From Balanoglossus misakiensis (Eukaryota; Animalia; Hemichordata): DNA of 64,000 bases. Location of the stretch: positions 13,217,921 through 13,281,920 of the forward strand of contig CM082581.2 of assembly GCA_040954595.2 (NCBI GenBank), given 5' to 3'. Shown here piece by piece: positions 33,168-47,153 of the stretch. A program made the position numbers and the translations under genes. Position 1 is the stretch's first letter. Each line of letters opens with the position of its first letter. A model generated the notes under the pieces. The model was not told the DNA's origin. It saw only the letters and a list, made by a program, of their open reading frames with translations, and did not search any database.

Positions 33168-34481
33168 ATCTTAGCCTAGCTTGTCACCAACTCGTAATTT
33201 ATAGCTAGGAAAGCCATTTTGTTGAATAATCATTCACAAATGTATAGAATTAATGTAATCTGTCTATATGTAAATGTGTATATTTATCAAATCTAATTAA
33301 AAAAATAATTATTTAAATTTGGTTACTACCGAGTTTTATTCAAAGCGGATAAAGACGAAGTCTTCAAATCCCTTACTTGTAACCTCGTACTTGTAACTTG
33401 CATCCTGCTATCCCGAGAGGAATGTCAAAATTCGATGTGTCGGGTAACGAAACGTAACGATGCTTGGAAATGATTGTACATTCAGTTCAGAATCCAATGA
33501 ATTTGACTGAAGTTGGCTTCTATGTAGACGTGTAAGGTTACGAAAATGTATATTGCGGATTATAAAACTCTTAATACTTTTGGAACACCTACCGCTGGCG
33601 TTGAGCTTTGCAAAGGCCTTCTTTCACCCTAAACGACCTGGTTAGGTTTAGTCCACTACGTATTGGCGTCTATCCTCTACTATATCAAAAATCTTCAGCA
33701 GTCCACATCGACCTTTGTTGGTGTATTCAGGGACTGGTCGGAAGTTTGAAAATTTAGAATTTCAGTCGGTATCAAAAGAAACAAGGCTCATCATTCATGT
33801 CAAACTTGTTAACCCAGTGAAGATATTGTGAAAAGCCATGCTCCTTTATAAAAATGGAATGATTTATTGAAAAAAATAGGTAGACTTTACAGACTTTTTT
33901 GCACAGAACATAAATGTCAACAGGTGAACATATGATTTCAGTTTGAGAGAGGAGGTGCAGAATACGTCTTCTACGTAATTTTCAACATTTAAAGGAATTA
34001 CACATCACATAATTGTAGGAGAGACTACTTGTCCCCGACTCTGTTGCCAGTTAGGAAAGGTGACACATTATTGTCTGTCAGTCTTTGTAAACAATCCTTG
34101 TTGTGGATTCTCGCACTTGAGCGGCACTTCTACAGAGCACTTTGTACTTTTTGTGTAGAAAACGAAGTCGAAAACACTGGTGGCTCAGCACAGTGGAGAA
34201 ACCAGTAATGGCAGTATCCCAATGAAGCTGGCTGAACTGTCTGGCCACGAATCGGTCAACAGCTACACACTGGTGGTCTTCCATGTATCTATCATTACAT
34301 CTTAAAGATGCCTAGTATTGTACACTGTCGACGACCATTTCAAGCCCAGTGTCCTATGTTGCATCAGGCATGCACTGTGATGCCTGCCAGACTTCCAATT
34401 TCAACTTTTGCAGCCATATCATCCCACACAGTTCATCCCTACTGTCAGTCTCAACATCAAATGCAGGGCACTATTCCCAGT

Positions 34482-36343
34482 TTATTCTGATGGCATTCCA
34501 AATAATTTGACGGTGCCCGCATCTCTGTTCTCGTATTTATCCTTATCATCGCACGCAAAGGCCAAGAGATTCCTCTTAGGGTGCCACGCCACGGTGAAGG
34601 TGGGTGACTCACACTGGACTTCTGTGATCTTCTCTCCTGTGGAGAATCAAATAGTAGTGGCAACCATCAGTAAATGTTTTGGATCAAATCAAGCCTTGGC
34701 CACATGGGATTACATTCATAAGCAGCTATAGACTTTACCATTGTGTTGTATATATAGGTGGCCTAACAGCACTCACATGCACACCATTAGTTTCTGACCT
34801 CAACCTCCTATGTTTTATTATGTCCCTAAATTATGCATGGAAAGCAGTGAGTGGGATCCATACCTGATTCAACTTCTGCTATATCAATGACAAGGTCTTC
34901 AGATGCTGAAGCTAACATTTTACCATCGTGACTGAAACTCAGTGTCCTCACAGGCCAATCAAGTCTGAAAAGAATGAAGAAAACCACGAGTTGAAACCAA
35001 CTGTAATACAGCAATGGGATTAATCCAAAACCCCGTACAAACATCAAATATAAGTACCAGTTTGCTGTCCACGTTCAATGCATGGCAGCTATTGGCCCAT
35101 GAGGAAAGACCTGAAATGTTTACAAACCTGGAAAAAGTTCTGACACAGACAAGTTCTTCCACATTCCAGAGACTGACCAAGGCATCTGCACTGCCGGTGG
35201 CAAAGTATTTCCCCGTCGGGTCGAACTCAATGCAGATGCAATTGGCTGGGTGTGCATTGAGAGTTTGCAGGGGCTTTAACTCAGGATAGCTGGAAGTGAA
35301 TAGAGTCACATTACATGTTATGAAGGAACCTACAAGCATGTACGCATGGAGGTGCTACTTGGGATTGGAGCGAGGGTCAACTTTCTACATTTGGTCTTCA
35401 CTGTCACCCAGTAAAGGTCAAGCAGACATTAACCAATCCCAAGTCATCCATTTTTGTCTTTTACCTGAGAATATTTATGCATCCATGTCCGTTGGTCAGG
35501 AAAAACAAATCATTGTCATTGTTCCATGATATTTCATTCACTTCGTATTTAAACTGTTCTTCTGCCCTGGCCTTGTGTGTCCTTGCATCAATGAAAGTGA
35601 CCAAGTCTTCTTTGTTTCCCACAGCTATAGTGTGTCCATCAGGACTCCAACATATGTTGATGTTTTCACCTGCCGAATACAATCAGAATGGGAATCTGTA
35701 CCACTGATTCCATAAATTTACGAAATGCATGTGTTTTGGATTACTCCTGTCTATGATCCAACTTCAATCTAACCGACCCACCTTTAGTGTTTACATTTGT
35801 TACACATTTATTGGACCTTGCATCCCATATTTTGATGCTTTTATCACCGGACGCCGTGACCAGAAGGTCTGGATTTGATGGATGCCAGCACAGCTGATCA
35901 ACACTGTCACCATGGCCACGATATACGTGGTCTCGTCCCTGTGAATGAAGGCAAACAAGATGCATCATTTGTATCATCAGTGATGCTTAGGATTTCAATC
36001 AGTTCAGACTATGGCAGGTATTACAATGTTTGTGGAAAGGTCACAGTGATTGCGTTAGAGAAAACAATGCTGCGATCTGTACTACCACGTTCTATTACAA
36101 TTTCTCCATTGACAACAGCATGTATATACAACTGCAAAGACATTAGCATCATCACTTTGCACATACCATTCTGTCTTTCTCCAGAACAAAAACACTGACG
36201 GTTTTATCAAAAGAACCTGATGCAAGTTTTCTGCCATCACAACTCCAGGCTACAGAATGGACTTTTGAGGAGTGGGCACGAAACTCTTCCGTGCGACCAA
36301 AACTCTGGAAATATTTCCGCATGTCTTCTGCGTACGTCGCCAT
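34482..36343 (-). CDS. THOC3: THO complex subunit 3 (TEX1), WD40 protein
   Basis: AHSSKVHSVAWSCDGRKLASGSFDKT, GHGDSVDQLCWHPSNPDL, GENINICWSPDG, AHPANCICIEFDPTGKYFATGSADALVSLW, LDWPVRTLSFSHDG, AGTVKLFGMPSE*. Confidence 0.95.
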
Positions 36344-37035
36344 TTTGTTTGTAGAAGCGCCCTCTGCGCTTATTGGAAGAATCCATTTTTGAGGAGGGTA
36401 GTTTGCGGCACAGTCCCTCCACACACGGATCTGCCTATGTATCATTTATATTGTGAATTGCGTATTTTCTTAGTAATGGGACTTTTTAGTACTTATTAAT
36501 GTATGTCCCTGATAAAAGATTGGTGATACAAACTGGCGGCCTATATGTTTATGCTTGTGTATATACACAGATATAAAAAAAATAAAGAGAAAAAACGTGT
36601 AAATATTAAAATATCTCAAAATCTTTATTGAATTCAAGCTGTAAAAGCAGACATCCATTAAGTTCTATAAAGACCCAAGATCTCAATAATTTATCAAATG
36701 TTCATGGTTGCCCTTTCAATGTTTTCTATCTCTATTCAGTTCACTCAAAGCTTGTAATTATTCAACTCATTTAGTACCTATCTGTCACAACAAAGTCCAT
36801 TATGAAATACATCTTACTGGTCTTGTTTCATGGATAAAATGCCATCATCATAAATTATCCATGGAGCACTGAAATCCGCCAAATGAAAATTCATATATGT
36901 AGACATATGTACAATTTGTGCTTATATATACACTGGACACTAATGAATTGGTTCCACAGGTAGATGGGTTAGTTTTTGTAATTTTTCACATGGTGCATTC
37001 AGTATCACTGGACATTGGACACTGATGTGAGATTA

Positions 37036-39279
37036 TCAGTCAAGGAGAATTGTTTCCACTCTACGCTCTCTCTGCATTTCTGGTGAAGCTCCTGGTATTC
37101 TTGTTGGAACACCTGGAAAGTTGTAAGTCAAATCATTCTCCTGTTGTGGCAAAGTCTGTGGAGGCGTCGGATAACTGGGAAAGCCTTCCTGGTGAGGCGG
37201 TAAGGAATCATTTGCATCTGGAATGGAATGGAAAAGTGGTATGGTTATACCTATGCATTATATGTTGGCTCCATGGTAACTGCACTGTCTAAAAAGTGAA
37301 AAGAAACTTGAGAAAAGAGAGAAGAAATATTGTTCTGCAAAATCACTTCATTAATTTTCATGACTTTGAATTTTTTTTATTGAATATACCACATTATGTT
37401 TCTTAGTTCGGTGCTGTGGAGTCTCATGTTTAAGTAAATTCCTATTTATTACAGTACAAAAACACCTCCCTCTTTCATGGCTTTACCTGTATCACCAAGA
37501 CTAATTTTTCCGAACTGAAGACCAAGATCACTGATATCATGCATACTTTCCCTCTTGTCTTCAGCCATCAATTCATCCAGTTCTCTTTCAAGTTCATCTT
37601 TATCAATGCCAACCATATCATCCACTGCAGCACTGCTTTGTGCCATGACATCTGATACCTCCTGATAATCTTCAAGAACCTGAAGGAAAGACCCACAGCT
37701 GAGTGTCTTAGTTCAAAGCATCAAGAACATTTAATCCAAAATTTCAAAAGGCATAACCACATCCATGTGACACCATCTAAATAGTAAAATTTATCTAATT
37801 TGATTTTTGAACACATGTAGTTACATTTGGTGTACAGTAGTTGGACTTAAATCACAGTAAAGGTTGCCACTTACATCCTGGACATCTCCCATGACATCAT
37901 CAACAGCATCTGGAGTAAGTTCGTTGATGTGTAGAGTCTGTTTCAGTGCAGCAGAACCTGCTTTGTAGGCATCAATGATCTGAAAAGATGTGATACATAC
38001 ATTATCATTGCTGTCTGCATTTTGCAGTCTGTAAATACAATTCACTGATTTGACTGAAACCCACCATTTTGTCTGTTGCAGCTTCCTGTATTCTCCGCAG
38101 GAGTGTTTCCATGGTTTCAAGGGCCACTTGTTTATTTTCCATTGTCCTCTGAATGCTGCGTTTTTGGCGAAGCAAGTTTTTGGCCTGCAACAAATCAATG
38201 AGTAAGAATGATAGAAAAAACCCACATATTTGCAAATATTTTAATCTAATACTAATCCGAGGATAAATACTTACAAATGTTTTAAGTCCTTTCTTCAGAT
38301 TAACAATTGTTTCGTGTCGGTACCGTTCCATCTCACTGTTCAGTCGATCTATCTGGAGTTTAAGAATGTTCATACTCTCTTTCAACCTGTGGCAAAACAT
38401 ACATCATTTACTGCAACTCTTCTTGTGTTACATGTACTTACAAAGAACACTGTCTTTGTATTCATGAAATGTCTCCACTTCTGGTGTGTATACGCAGTTC
38501 AAGTTGATTAATTTATGCTTATAAATAAAAGTACTCACCTGAAAATATCAAGATCCACTTCATTAAAGGATGGATAGGTGGGACTATTTGAGCTTGCAAA
38601 TTTCAACAGCTGTCATTGAAACAGAAATTTGGTTAATTAATATATAACAAAACTGAACCATGAAGACTACTCAAGAAGTACATTATATTGATTTCATATC
38701 TTACCCTGAGTCCATCTTGAGTCTTTTGGAAACAAACTTTCTTCATTTTTCTCAACTGAAGCAGTGCCAGTTCAAAGGTCATTTCATCCTTGCATAAGTG
38801 TCCACATCTCTCAAAGAGAGTCGAGTACTCGACCACATTGTCAGTTGATTCAAATTCCACTGTTGTGTAATGATGACGAAGAATGGATTCTGCTCTCTCC
38901 TGTGAATGGAAACAATGCTGATATTTTCAATCTCACTTGTTAAATTTCACAACTCGAATAGTACAACACTGGTACACTGTTGGACAGAGTCATATATCAA
39001 ATTGGTTCTGTTAAGTGTTACCTGCAGAAGATCACTAATCACATATGTGCCTCGAAGATCTCTGCTGTTTCTTCCTGTCAGAGCGCCAACTGTCCACCAG
39101 ACTGGTCTCTTCACCAGAACACCAAAACCCCACGAGAGCCAACCACTTTCAACACTGGACTGGAAATCAGTCACATTCTGAATTCTCCCCTGTCTAAAAA
39201 ACAAAGTGAAACAATTATAGTACCCTTGTCTGAATAAAACTTGACACAGTTGTCTACACGTCAGGAATATCTGTTTTGT

Positions 39280-39376
<97 letters not shown>

Positions 39377-39755
39377 ACCAGATAGTCTCCCCCAGATCTA
39401 GAAATAGCTTTTTGTCACTGATCAATAACAATGTCAATGCATCATTGAGGTATAGATATATGGACTACATGTATTTGTACACTGCATGTATTAACCTGTG
39501 CATTTCCTTCAGCACTGTCCCAATTCCAAGTGGTCTTCTGTTGTTCATTTGAAAGCGTTCTTTAATCTCATCGCAGTCAAAGCAGACTTCGTTCTGCTCT
39601 ATACAGCTTTCAATCACTCTTTCCGACCAGAATTTGAATTTGTTGTCCCAGTCCTGCGGATTGACTTCCCGGTTGGCACGAAACGGGGAATACAGGAAGT
39701 TCATTCGCATTTCGTCATGCCAACCCTTACGTAAAGTCTTTGGAGTACGATCCAT
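37036..39755 (-). CDS. CHMP7: Charged multivesicular body protein 7 (ESCRT-II/III hybrid)
   Basis: W.DEMRMNFLYSPFRANREVNPQDWDNKFKFW, PLGIGTVLKEM, GWLSWGFGVLVKRPVWW, then a Snf7-like region (AKNLLRQKR, IIDAYKAGSAALK, DELERELDELM); TGA at 37036-37038. Confidence 0.93.
39281..39376 (+). repeat. Perfect (GAT)32 microsatellite in a CHMP7 intron
   Basis: An uninterrupted 96-nt GAT run. Confidence 0.97.
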
Positions 39756-40066
39756 CTTGACTGACAACCAAATCAAACTAAGGAATTGTCTGCAACAGCA
39801 AGAAACGAAATCACCATCTGTTCCTGTTCGTTTCCGTCATCAGCTGATCGCCATTCTGGGAACATGCAGCGCCACCAACGGCAAAAGCTGTCTTGAACTT
39901 TTCAAGATGGCAGCCTCCACGACGACGACGACGACGGTGGCGTACGTGTAAACAAAGTTGGGCGGGGACGTTCTCGGTTGAAGATACTGCCCAGAGATAG
40001 ACCAAAATAATAGCCTTAAGTACTTCAGACCGAACGATACCCCGTGACTGAACGTCATTTACGCAC
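39756..40066. promoter_or_regulatory. Bidirectional promoter region, CHMP7/KCTD9
   Basis: Divergent start codons are only ~310 nt apart. The interval is CpG-richer and carries a YY1-like AAGATGGC (~39904) and a GC box GGGCGGGG (~39960). Confidence 0.6.
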
Positions 40067-43017
40067 ATGTCCAAGAATAACGTAGTGCGTATAACTTTGA
40101 TGAGGAATGGCCGCAATGGTGTGGGCCAGGTAAGTTTCTCCTCAACTTCTAGTTCCACCAAACGACATGACGTGGCTAAGGAGAGTTGCACGCGTGAAAG
40201 AAGATATATGCGATGAAAATTATCGATTATGTACACGTCTGAGACGTTTTAGTATTATAGGTACAACGGCCAGCGTCTTGCTGGGTGGGTGGGTCTTAGA
40301 GCTAATTTAACCAGCTGACTCATTCATAAACAATGTGCGCTATGGAGTGTCTGTACTTTCACCCATGGTCATAACACAACATACAGGGTGGACTGTATGG
40401 GCAAAATGGGCACATTGTAACTCCACGAAATGTTCCACACACAGCACAGCAGTTTTTAACCATTGTTTGTTAATGTTTTGAAATTATTACTGACAGGTTA
40501 TTGCACTGCCTGAGACGATAGAGGATCTCCAAGGCTCAGCAGGTTCCATATTTGATATTGAAAGGAATGGTATTGTTCTGTACACAGAGAAAGGTGCCAA
40601 AATCAGTGACATCAGACTCATCAGGTAAACTACTCTGTTAATACAGCATCATAATCTTAGTTTTGTATAGAAATTCTTCCATTAGTTTAATCTGCTGCTT
40701 TAAGGAAGAAAAATCTGTTGGATTGGAGATATCACATTAAATGTCTTTTTCCCCCATGAACAGGGATGATGACCTATTTTATGTAGCAGAGCAGAATGAA
40801 GCATTCAAAGGTCAGTGGAAAAAATGCAAATGACCCTGAGAGAATGTGCTGTTCATTCTCCAGATTGCACCAAAGAATAAGATGCAAGATTTTGCACACC
40901 CAGTACATGTACCTGTAAAATGTCAGACAACCTAGTGAAATTTAAAAATCCCCCCCCCCCCCAAATACTTGTACAATTAATTAATGCATATGATTTCTCT
41001 GTGTCATTGCAGATCCACAGGCTGTCTTGTCACAAGGTCTGTTGACGTGCAATGAACTCTCCGGCACAGCAACTGTGGCATCCAACCAGTGGGTCACACT
41101 TAATGTGGGAGGGAAATTGTTTACCACTACAAGGTAAATATCAGTCATGATCCAGACTCCATGTCAAAAGATGACATCAAAGGTTTTGAAGTGAGAAGTG
41201 CCAGTTTTGTCTTGCAGATTATCCCCAAATATGTTACTTGTTGCTTTTCAGGAATACTCTTACATGCAGAGGTGCCGACAGTATGCTGGCAAGGATGTTT
41301 GGAGACAGAGGTAAGATATGATTAACAGAGCTCTGTTTTACTAAGTTTGATTTCATATTATTTTATGTCTTTGCATTGTGAAAATTGATTCAGCCTAAAT
41401 ATCATTTAGACACTCTCTACCCACCTGTGCAGATTTCCAATGGAGCAGTGCCGTGGATAGTTCAGGGGCTTACCTGATAGATCGCAGTAGTCGTTATTTT
41501 GAACCCATGTTAAATTACCTACGTCACGGTAGACTCATACTGGATGAAGGACTAAATCCAGAAGGTAAGCAGCATGTTTGATGCATAATCAAACTTAAAA
41601 TCGGGAACATTCATGTAATTTATTTGTATATGCTCATGCACAGCTGCTTTGAGTGACCAATCTTCCAGTCTCACGTTTGTAGGAAAACAGTAAAACAGTT
41701 CACAAATATGTGATTGTGGTATTTTTACAGGAGTTTTGGAGGAAGCCAAGTTCTTTGGTTTGACTTCTCTGATAGAACAATTGGAAGAAATCATCAAAGC
41801 AAGCGAACCTGTCACCGATCACACGCCAATAACGAGGCGAGAATTTGTCATGATGTTGATGAGAACGCCAACAACATCACAGTTGAGATGCCAGGTAGAC
41901 CACTGTTTAATAACTCATTGAGACCTGTCTAAACTGACCCTTTTTTGACTTGGAAACTTGTCCGCACTGAACAACTTTTGCCTTTTACCATAATCTAAGA
42001 TAATCCTACCATTTTTCTAGGGTGTAAATTTTCATGGAGCTGATCTGTCAAAACTCGATCTCCGATCCATCAATTTCAAGTCGGCTATTCTGAGTAAAGC
42101 AGATTTATCCGGAGCCAATCTATCTTTCTGTTCATTGGAAAGAGCCAATCTTGCTGGTGCTAAACTTGATGTGAGTACACATACAGTCATTGGATGTCAT
42201 TTTCTGTGTTGTTCTTTATCTTGAGTGTTCCGAAGTCCCTTACACTGACCTTTGTCTTGACTCTTACACTTCACATAGACACCTCTGAGACTGAGACAAA
42301 ATCAAATCACTTATTTGAATGATTCTGATGATTTCATATTCGTCCACAGGGTGCTGATCTTCAGGGAGTGAAGATGGTGTTGGCCAACTTGGAAGGGGCG
42401 TCGCTGAGAGGGTGTAACTTTGAAGACCCGGCTGGAAGCAAAGCCAATATGGAAGGTGATAATTACCGTCTCTCATGACCTCATATTGTTATCAAGTTAG
42501 ATTTCTGGCTGCTGTATTACTCTTCTGGTTACTAGCCCACAGGTTCATTGCCTCTTTCAATTCGGATTCTGGATTCTGATTGCTGGTTCTTGCGTGATTT
42601 TTCAGGCGTGAACATGAAAGGTGTTGATTTGGAAAGCAGTCAAATGGCAGGCGTGAATCTGAGAGTAGCGACACTGAAGAATGCAAACCTTCAAAACTGT
42701 AATTTACGTTGGGCAGTCCTGGCAGGAACTGATCTTGAGGTGGGTACTTGTAGGAGGTGTCTCATTCTGTAATATGTTTATTGAACCTATGTTAAGATGC
42801 AGCAGTGATTGGTTTCATTTGTGTCAATGGAGGTTTGTTGAAAGCCCAGAAACTGTATGACACGAGATTGAATTTCTTCCATTCTCTTCTTTTCCTGCAG
42901 AATTGTAATTTGTCGGGTTGTGATTTACAAGAAGCAAATTTACGTGGTGCCAATGTAAAGGGAGCAGCCTTTGAGGAAATGGTCACTCCATTACACATGT
43001 CACAGTCAGTGAGATAA
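40067..43017 (+). CDS. KCTD9: BTB/POZ domain protein KCTD9 (KHA + BTB + pentapeptide repeats)
   Basis: MSKNNVVRITLMRNG..., ISDIRLIRDDDLFYV, WVTLNVGGKLFTTTR, GAYLIDRS..YFEPMLNYLRHG, EEAKFFG, LRCQGVNF.GADLSKLDLR, pentapeptide repeats, TPLHMSQSVR*. Confidence 0.95.
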
Positions 43018-46000
43018 GAAAAGGTTGTTACTCTTGTCATTAGATAAGAAATTGTTACATTGTTACAAGAAGTTAAAAAAAACTGCTATAGCATAATAAT
43101 GAGGCAATAAATTGCTAGACTTTTTACAGTCTGCAAGGGACAAATATGTCACTTCATTGTATGCATTGAAAACTATGACAGTGATGAAAGGATGCAATGA
43201 GATTGATGGTTGGATTAGCAATATTGCTTTGCCTAAAATGTCAACTCACTTAGAAAAACTAACCAAGGAAAAAAGTTTTTAAAAAATTTCAAATATCTGG
43301 CTTTTAAATGGTATAAGTAAAGAACAATTGATACTTTTGGTATTACTGTAAATGGTACAAACACAACTCAAGTTGGAAGAGACGATGTGGATAGCGCCAT
43401 CAATGGCTAAAACAGTGAAACTGCTGTCTTTTTCAATTTCATGAAAAAGATCTTAATTGTCCCCCCACAGGATCACATGTACAAGGGGGGAGAATCTGGT
43501 TAAATACTGGGTAAAAGCAGGATGTGGGTGTGGTAGTGTTGGGGGAGGGTAGGGTCCCTGGGTAGGGTGTAGGACTTGGCTGCTGAAATGTTTAGTAACA
43601 GTTCTCTGGGGTACGAATAATGAGAAAGGCTGACTTGCACAATTGACTTGTGATCTTAAACTATGCAAACACTGACAAAATAAAATAGGAATTACATGAA
43701 ACAATAAAGGGGGTTAGCTATCTTTTATATCTATTGCATCTCAGATTTCCACAATTATTTTTTTCATTCTACATTATATTTACAGTCTTTTTATTTGTGC
43801 ATTGTGGTATATAGCTGTCACAGTGCACTTACAACAATTAATTTTTGTTTTCTTAGAATGTAACTAGAAATAGTTTTCAAGAATGTTATTTTTCATGCTG
43901 GGCTGAAATGCTGAATAAATTTGCATAACTTCTTAAATGGTGAGTATGATTTGTCATGACTATCCCAAAGTCATAATTTAATTTTATTGCTTTGTATTGT
44001 ACAGACAGGCCTTAGATAATTCAAAGTCAGTGAGAAATTATAAATGCAAGGAGTAAAGAAGACCCACTCGTAGAAATATTAGGAGCTGAAGGTGGCAGCC
44101 TCAAGAAAACCCTTTCCTCAATTCGGAATTCATAATGGTAGCTGAACCATGATGTCTTTGCAGGTAAATTTTCACCTTGACTGGAATGCGTTTTTTTCCA
44201 TGGTTGTTTCCAAATGCCTTATCCGTGTTTGTTCAACTGCGACAATCATTGCAGCAAGTTACACCCCTATTAACACACACCTACCCCTGACAAAGGTACT
44301 CTGCGCGTCAATCCCACGTGTGCGAATTTGCCACACTCATCAAATGCAGTGCTAGCGGCTATGCTTTTGGCAGTGACCACCCAAATACAAACCTGAGAAT
44401 TTCTCTAGTCACCTGTGCCCAGTTAAACTAAAGAAATGAGTCCCACCGACCACCTGGGTGAACATGTACTCCCGACTCGGTCCAGGTGTTTTCATCACGT
44501 GTGCCGACTAAAGCAGATCTTTGCGCAAGAGGTTTTATACTCGTAATGGTCACAGGGAAGCATATTTCGCCTTGTCTGTTGGTTCATACCGCGCCAAATC
44601 CCGGTGTTTTCGCGTTTTTTGTCCCGATGTCACCCATGGCCCACTCGGCTTTGCTGTACCCTCTTCCCTGGGAGACACAGGATAGCGGTACAAGAATGGA
44701 TAGGATAGACTTGATGCTTCATGGCATGCCCCCCTCCCCTTTCGGCAGACCCTCAATCTAATCTTTTTGGGGTTGGGGAGGGGAAGGGGGGGGGGGTCCG
44801 CCCAGGAGCGTCGTTTTCCTGGAATTCGATGTGTACATGGCTTTCCTCGGAGATATCGTTTCAATCTCAACCGGAAGGAGGCTGGGAAAAGTCAACGGAC
44901 GGTGATCACCCGTGTCATCCTCTTGCACAACAACACACAGACCGTGCGCTGTGTGAATTATTGCACTTCGATGACGGGTTTATGACAGCGCTAGTATTAT
45001 GAACAATCACGTAATTGTTGACACGCGTGGTCGTGGTTGTTATGGAGGTGTGGGAAAGACAAGCAAAAGGAGATGAAAATTTCAACCAATTACTGTGTTT
45101 ACAACACTCGTGTCAAGATCATTCACACGTCATGACAGCCATGACTAACTTTCTGATATTCACACTTAAAGTTTTCCATCGCAGTGATGACACCGCGACT
45201 GCTCAAAGTGATAACATTGACATGTTGCATTTTAACTTTCAATATTTTGTTATCGAAGAGCAATTTCTGGACCAATCTTATATACTCCCTTTAGATTTGG
45301 TGACCAGATATAACATAAGTCGTGCTCACTTCCCAAATCGCAGAAACGTGAGTCAAGAGCTGAAGGTTGCTCTCAGCAAACACGCAAATACTTTTGAGTT
45401 GAATACGTTTAATAGTCGCATGGGCGATTTAACATGATCCGGCGGAGATGAACAACTAGCTAAGACAGAACGACAAAAATTGCTTAAAACGTTTACAATC
45501 GAGATCGTTTTAAAAGTGCACATTAAACCGAAGGGGTGGAAGTATATTAAGTAAAAATCTCCGTTGCGGCGAGTTCTTGAAAATGATTCCCCTTTCCTTT
45601 GGAATCTCACGATGTCGAAGAACGAAGGATTCACGTATGAATGCTCCCGTCCCTATATGACTGTCTTTGCATGCCCGAAGACGTTGGCCACTGAGCCCTG
45701 TGTTTATTTTTCTTTCTTTGATCCGGCATTCTATAGTGTTTACCCAGCGAAATCTGTCAACCCCCTTGAAAAGAAAAGACGCTTTCTGTATCAATTTCTC
45801 GTGCCAGAGTGACAGAAATTCTTTTCCTACAAAAAAGTGGGATTCTATTCGTTTTGGCCCACTAGTCGTTTTATACGTTAGTGGGTGTGTAGCCCCAGGC
45901 AAAGACATGCTGTCAGCCTTCGGACAATCAACAAGCATATTTAGATCGAAACTTATCGGAGACCACTTGACAAGCTGAAAATAACAAGACAATTAAGACT

Positions 46001-47121
46001 TATTAGAGGCTGTTTATTGTAAGCAGACCATGTGATTCGATCTTACTGTTGGCATAGGGTTGGTAGCAGCGTCGTATTCTAATTGGTATCCGATACGGCC
46101 ACAGTGGGTCCTTTCGTGCAGTGGCCCATAACATACAATTCTGTCTGTGAGCAATACCGTGTCGCTTACTCTTAGATCCTAACATAAACACTCGGCCAGC
46201 CAACTGTGTATACAGCACTCTGGTCGCGGCTATTCACAGTCACAAGCGACATCTAATCATCTTGTTCCGGCAAATATACTCTTCTACAGACTCTTGGACC
46301 CCTAAACCCACAATTCTTACCCAACCACCACCCCTCCCCGCTTTCACTGTTTTTCTAGCAACCAACTTGAACCTAACGACGATATCCAATACCATTGCCA
46401 CTTGGCTGATATTACAAATTAAACTACTCGCATAAAAAATATCATCCGTATTGTTGTTTTCTCCGTGTTTAGCATCGACAGGCGACACAAATAAACTACC
46501 GTCGCCCGAAAGTGATGATTGTTTTGAGTACCACGAGAAAATGTTTTGGATTTCGAAATCAAGTCGCAAGAACGATGTCAAACTTCTTACACGCGCCAGA
46601 ATTTCGGACAAGTTGGTTGTTCTGGATCTGAACAGCTCTGATTTGACAGCAGTTCAGACTGTTATCCCCAAAATATTCGGAGCAAAGTGATTCGGAATGG
46701 AGTCAGTCTGTGAATCATATTTCGAAGTTAAAGGAAAATGAAGGAACGTTGTGATCCGTTTTTGAGCCAATTCTGCGAAATGCGATTAAAAAGTACTATG
46801 AAAAACGTTGGTTTCATTCACTTTCACTTACGCATAACAGAGCTACAGTCAGCCAAAAACTGCGCGAACCCGGAAGTGAGTGACGTCAGCAACTGTTGTC
46901 CGCTGCCGACGCGTTGGAGCGAGCTTATGCTTATACACGCCTGCACTCACGCGACCGACGACGTTAGCACGGCAACATATTCTCGGGTAGTAGGCTACAA
47001 TTTTGAACCAGAGATTCCCTTCTACGACCAAGCGACTGAATTTTACAGAGGACAAAAGTTCATGCAGTTCTGATCTCCGATGTGTCCCGTTTGTCAAGGC
47101 TTACACTTGGTGTGGTTTCAG

Positions 47122-47153
47122 TGAAACCATAGACCCTAGAGTCTATGGTGAAA
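47122..47153. mobile_element. 22-bp palindromic micro-insertion with 5-bp target-site duplication
   Basis: TGAAA | CCATAGAC-CCTAGA-GTCTATGG | TGAAA. Confidence 0.55.

Noticed and set aside
39907-39951. Short ORF MAASTTTTTTVAYV upstream of KCTD9
   Set aside because: Explained by a YY1-like motif plus a short ACG repeat. At most a uORF, with no support as a gene.
44730-44800. G/C homopolymer runs with G-quadruplex potential (similar runs at ~21244, ~40949, ~43540, ~56493)
   Set aside because: Such runs are common low-complexity sequence, with no evidence of function.
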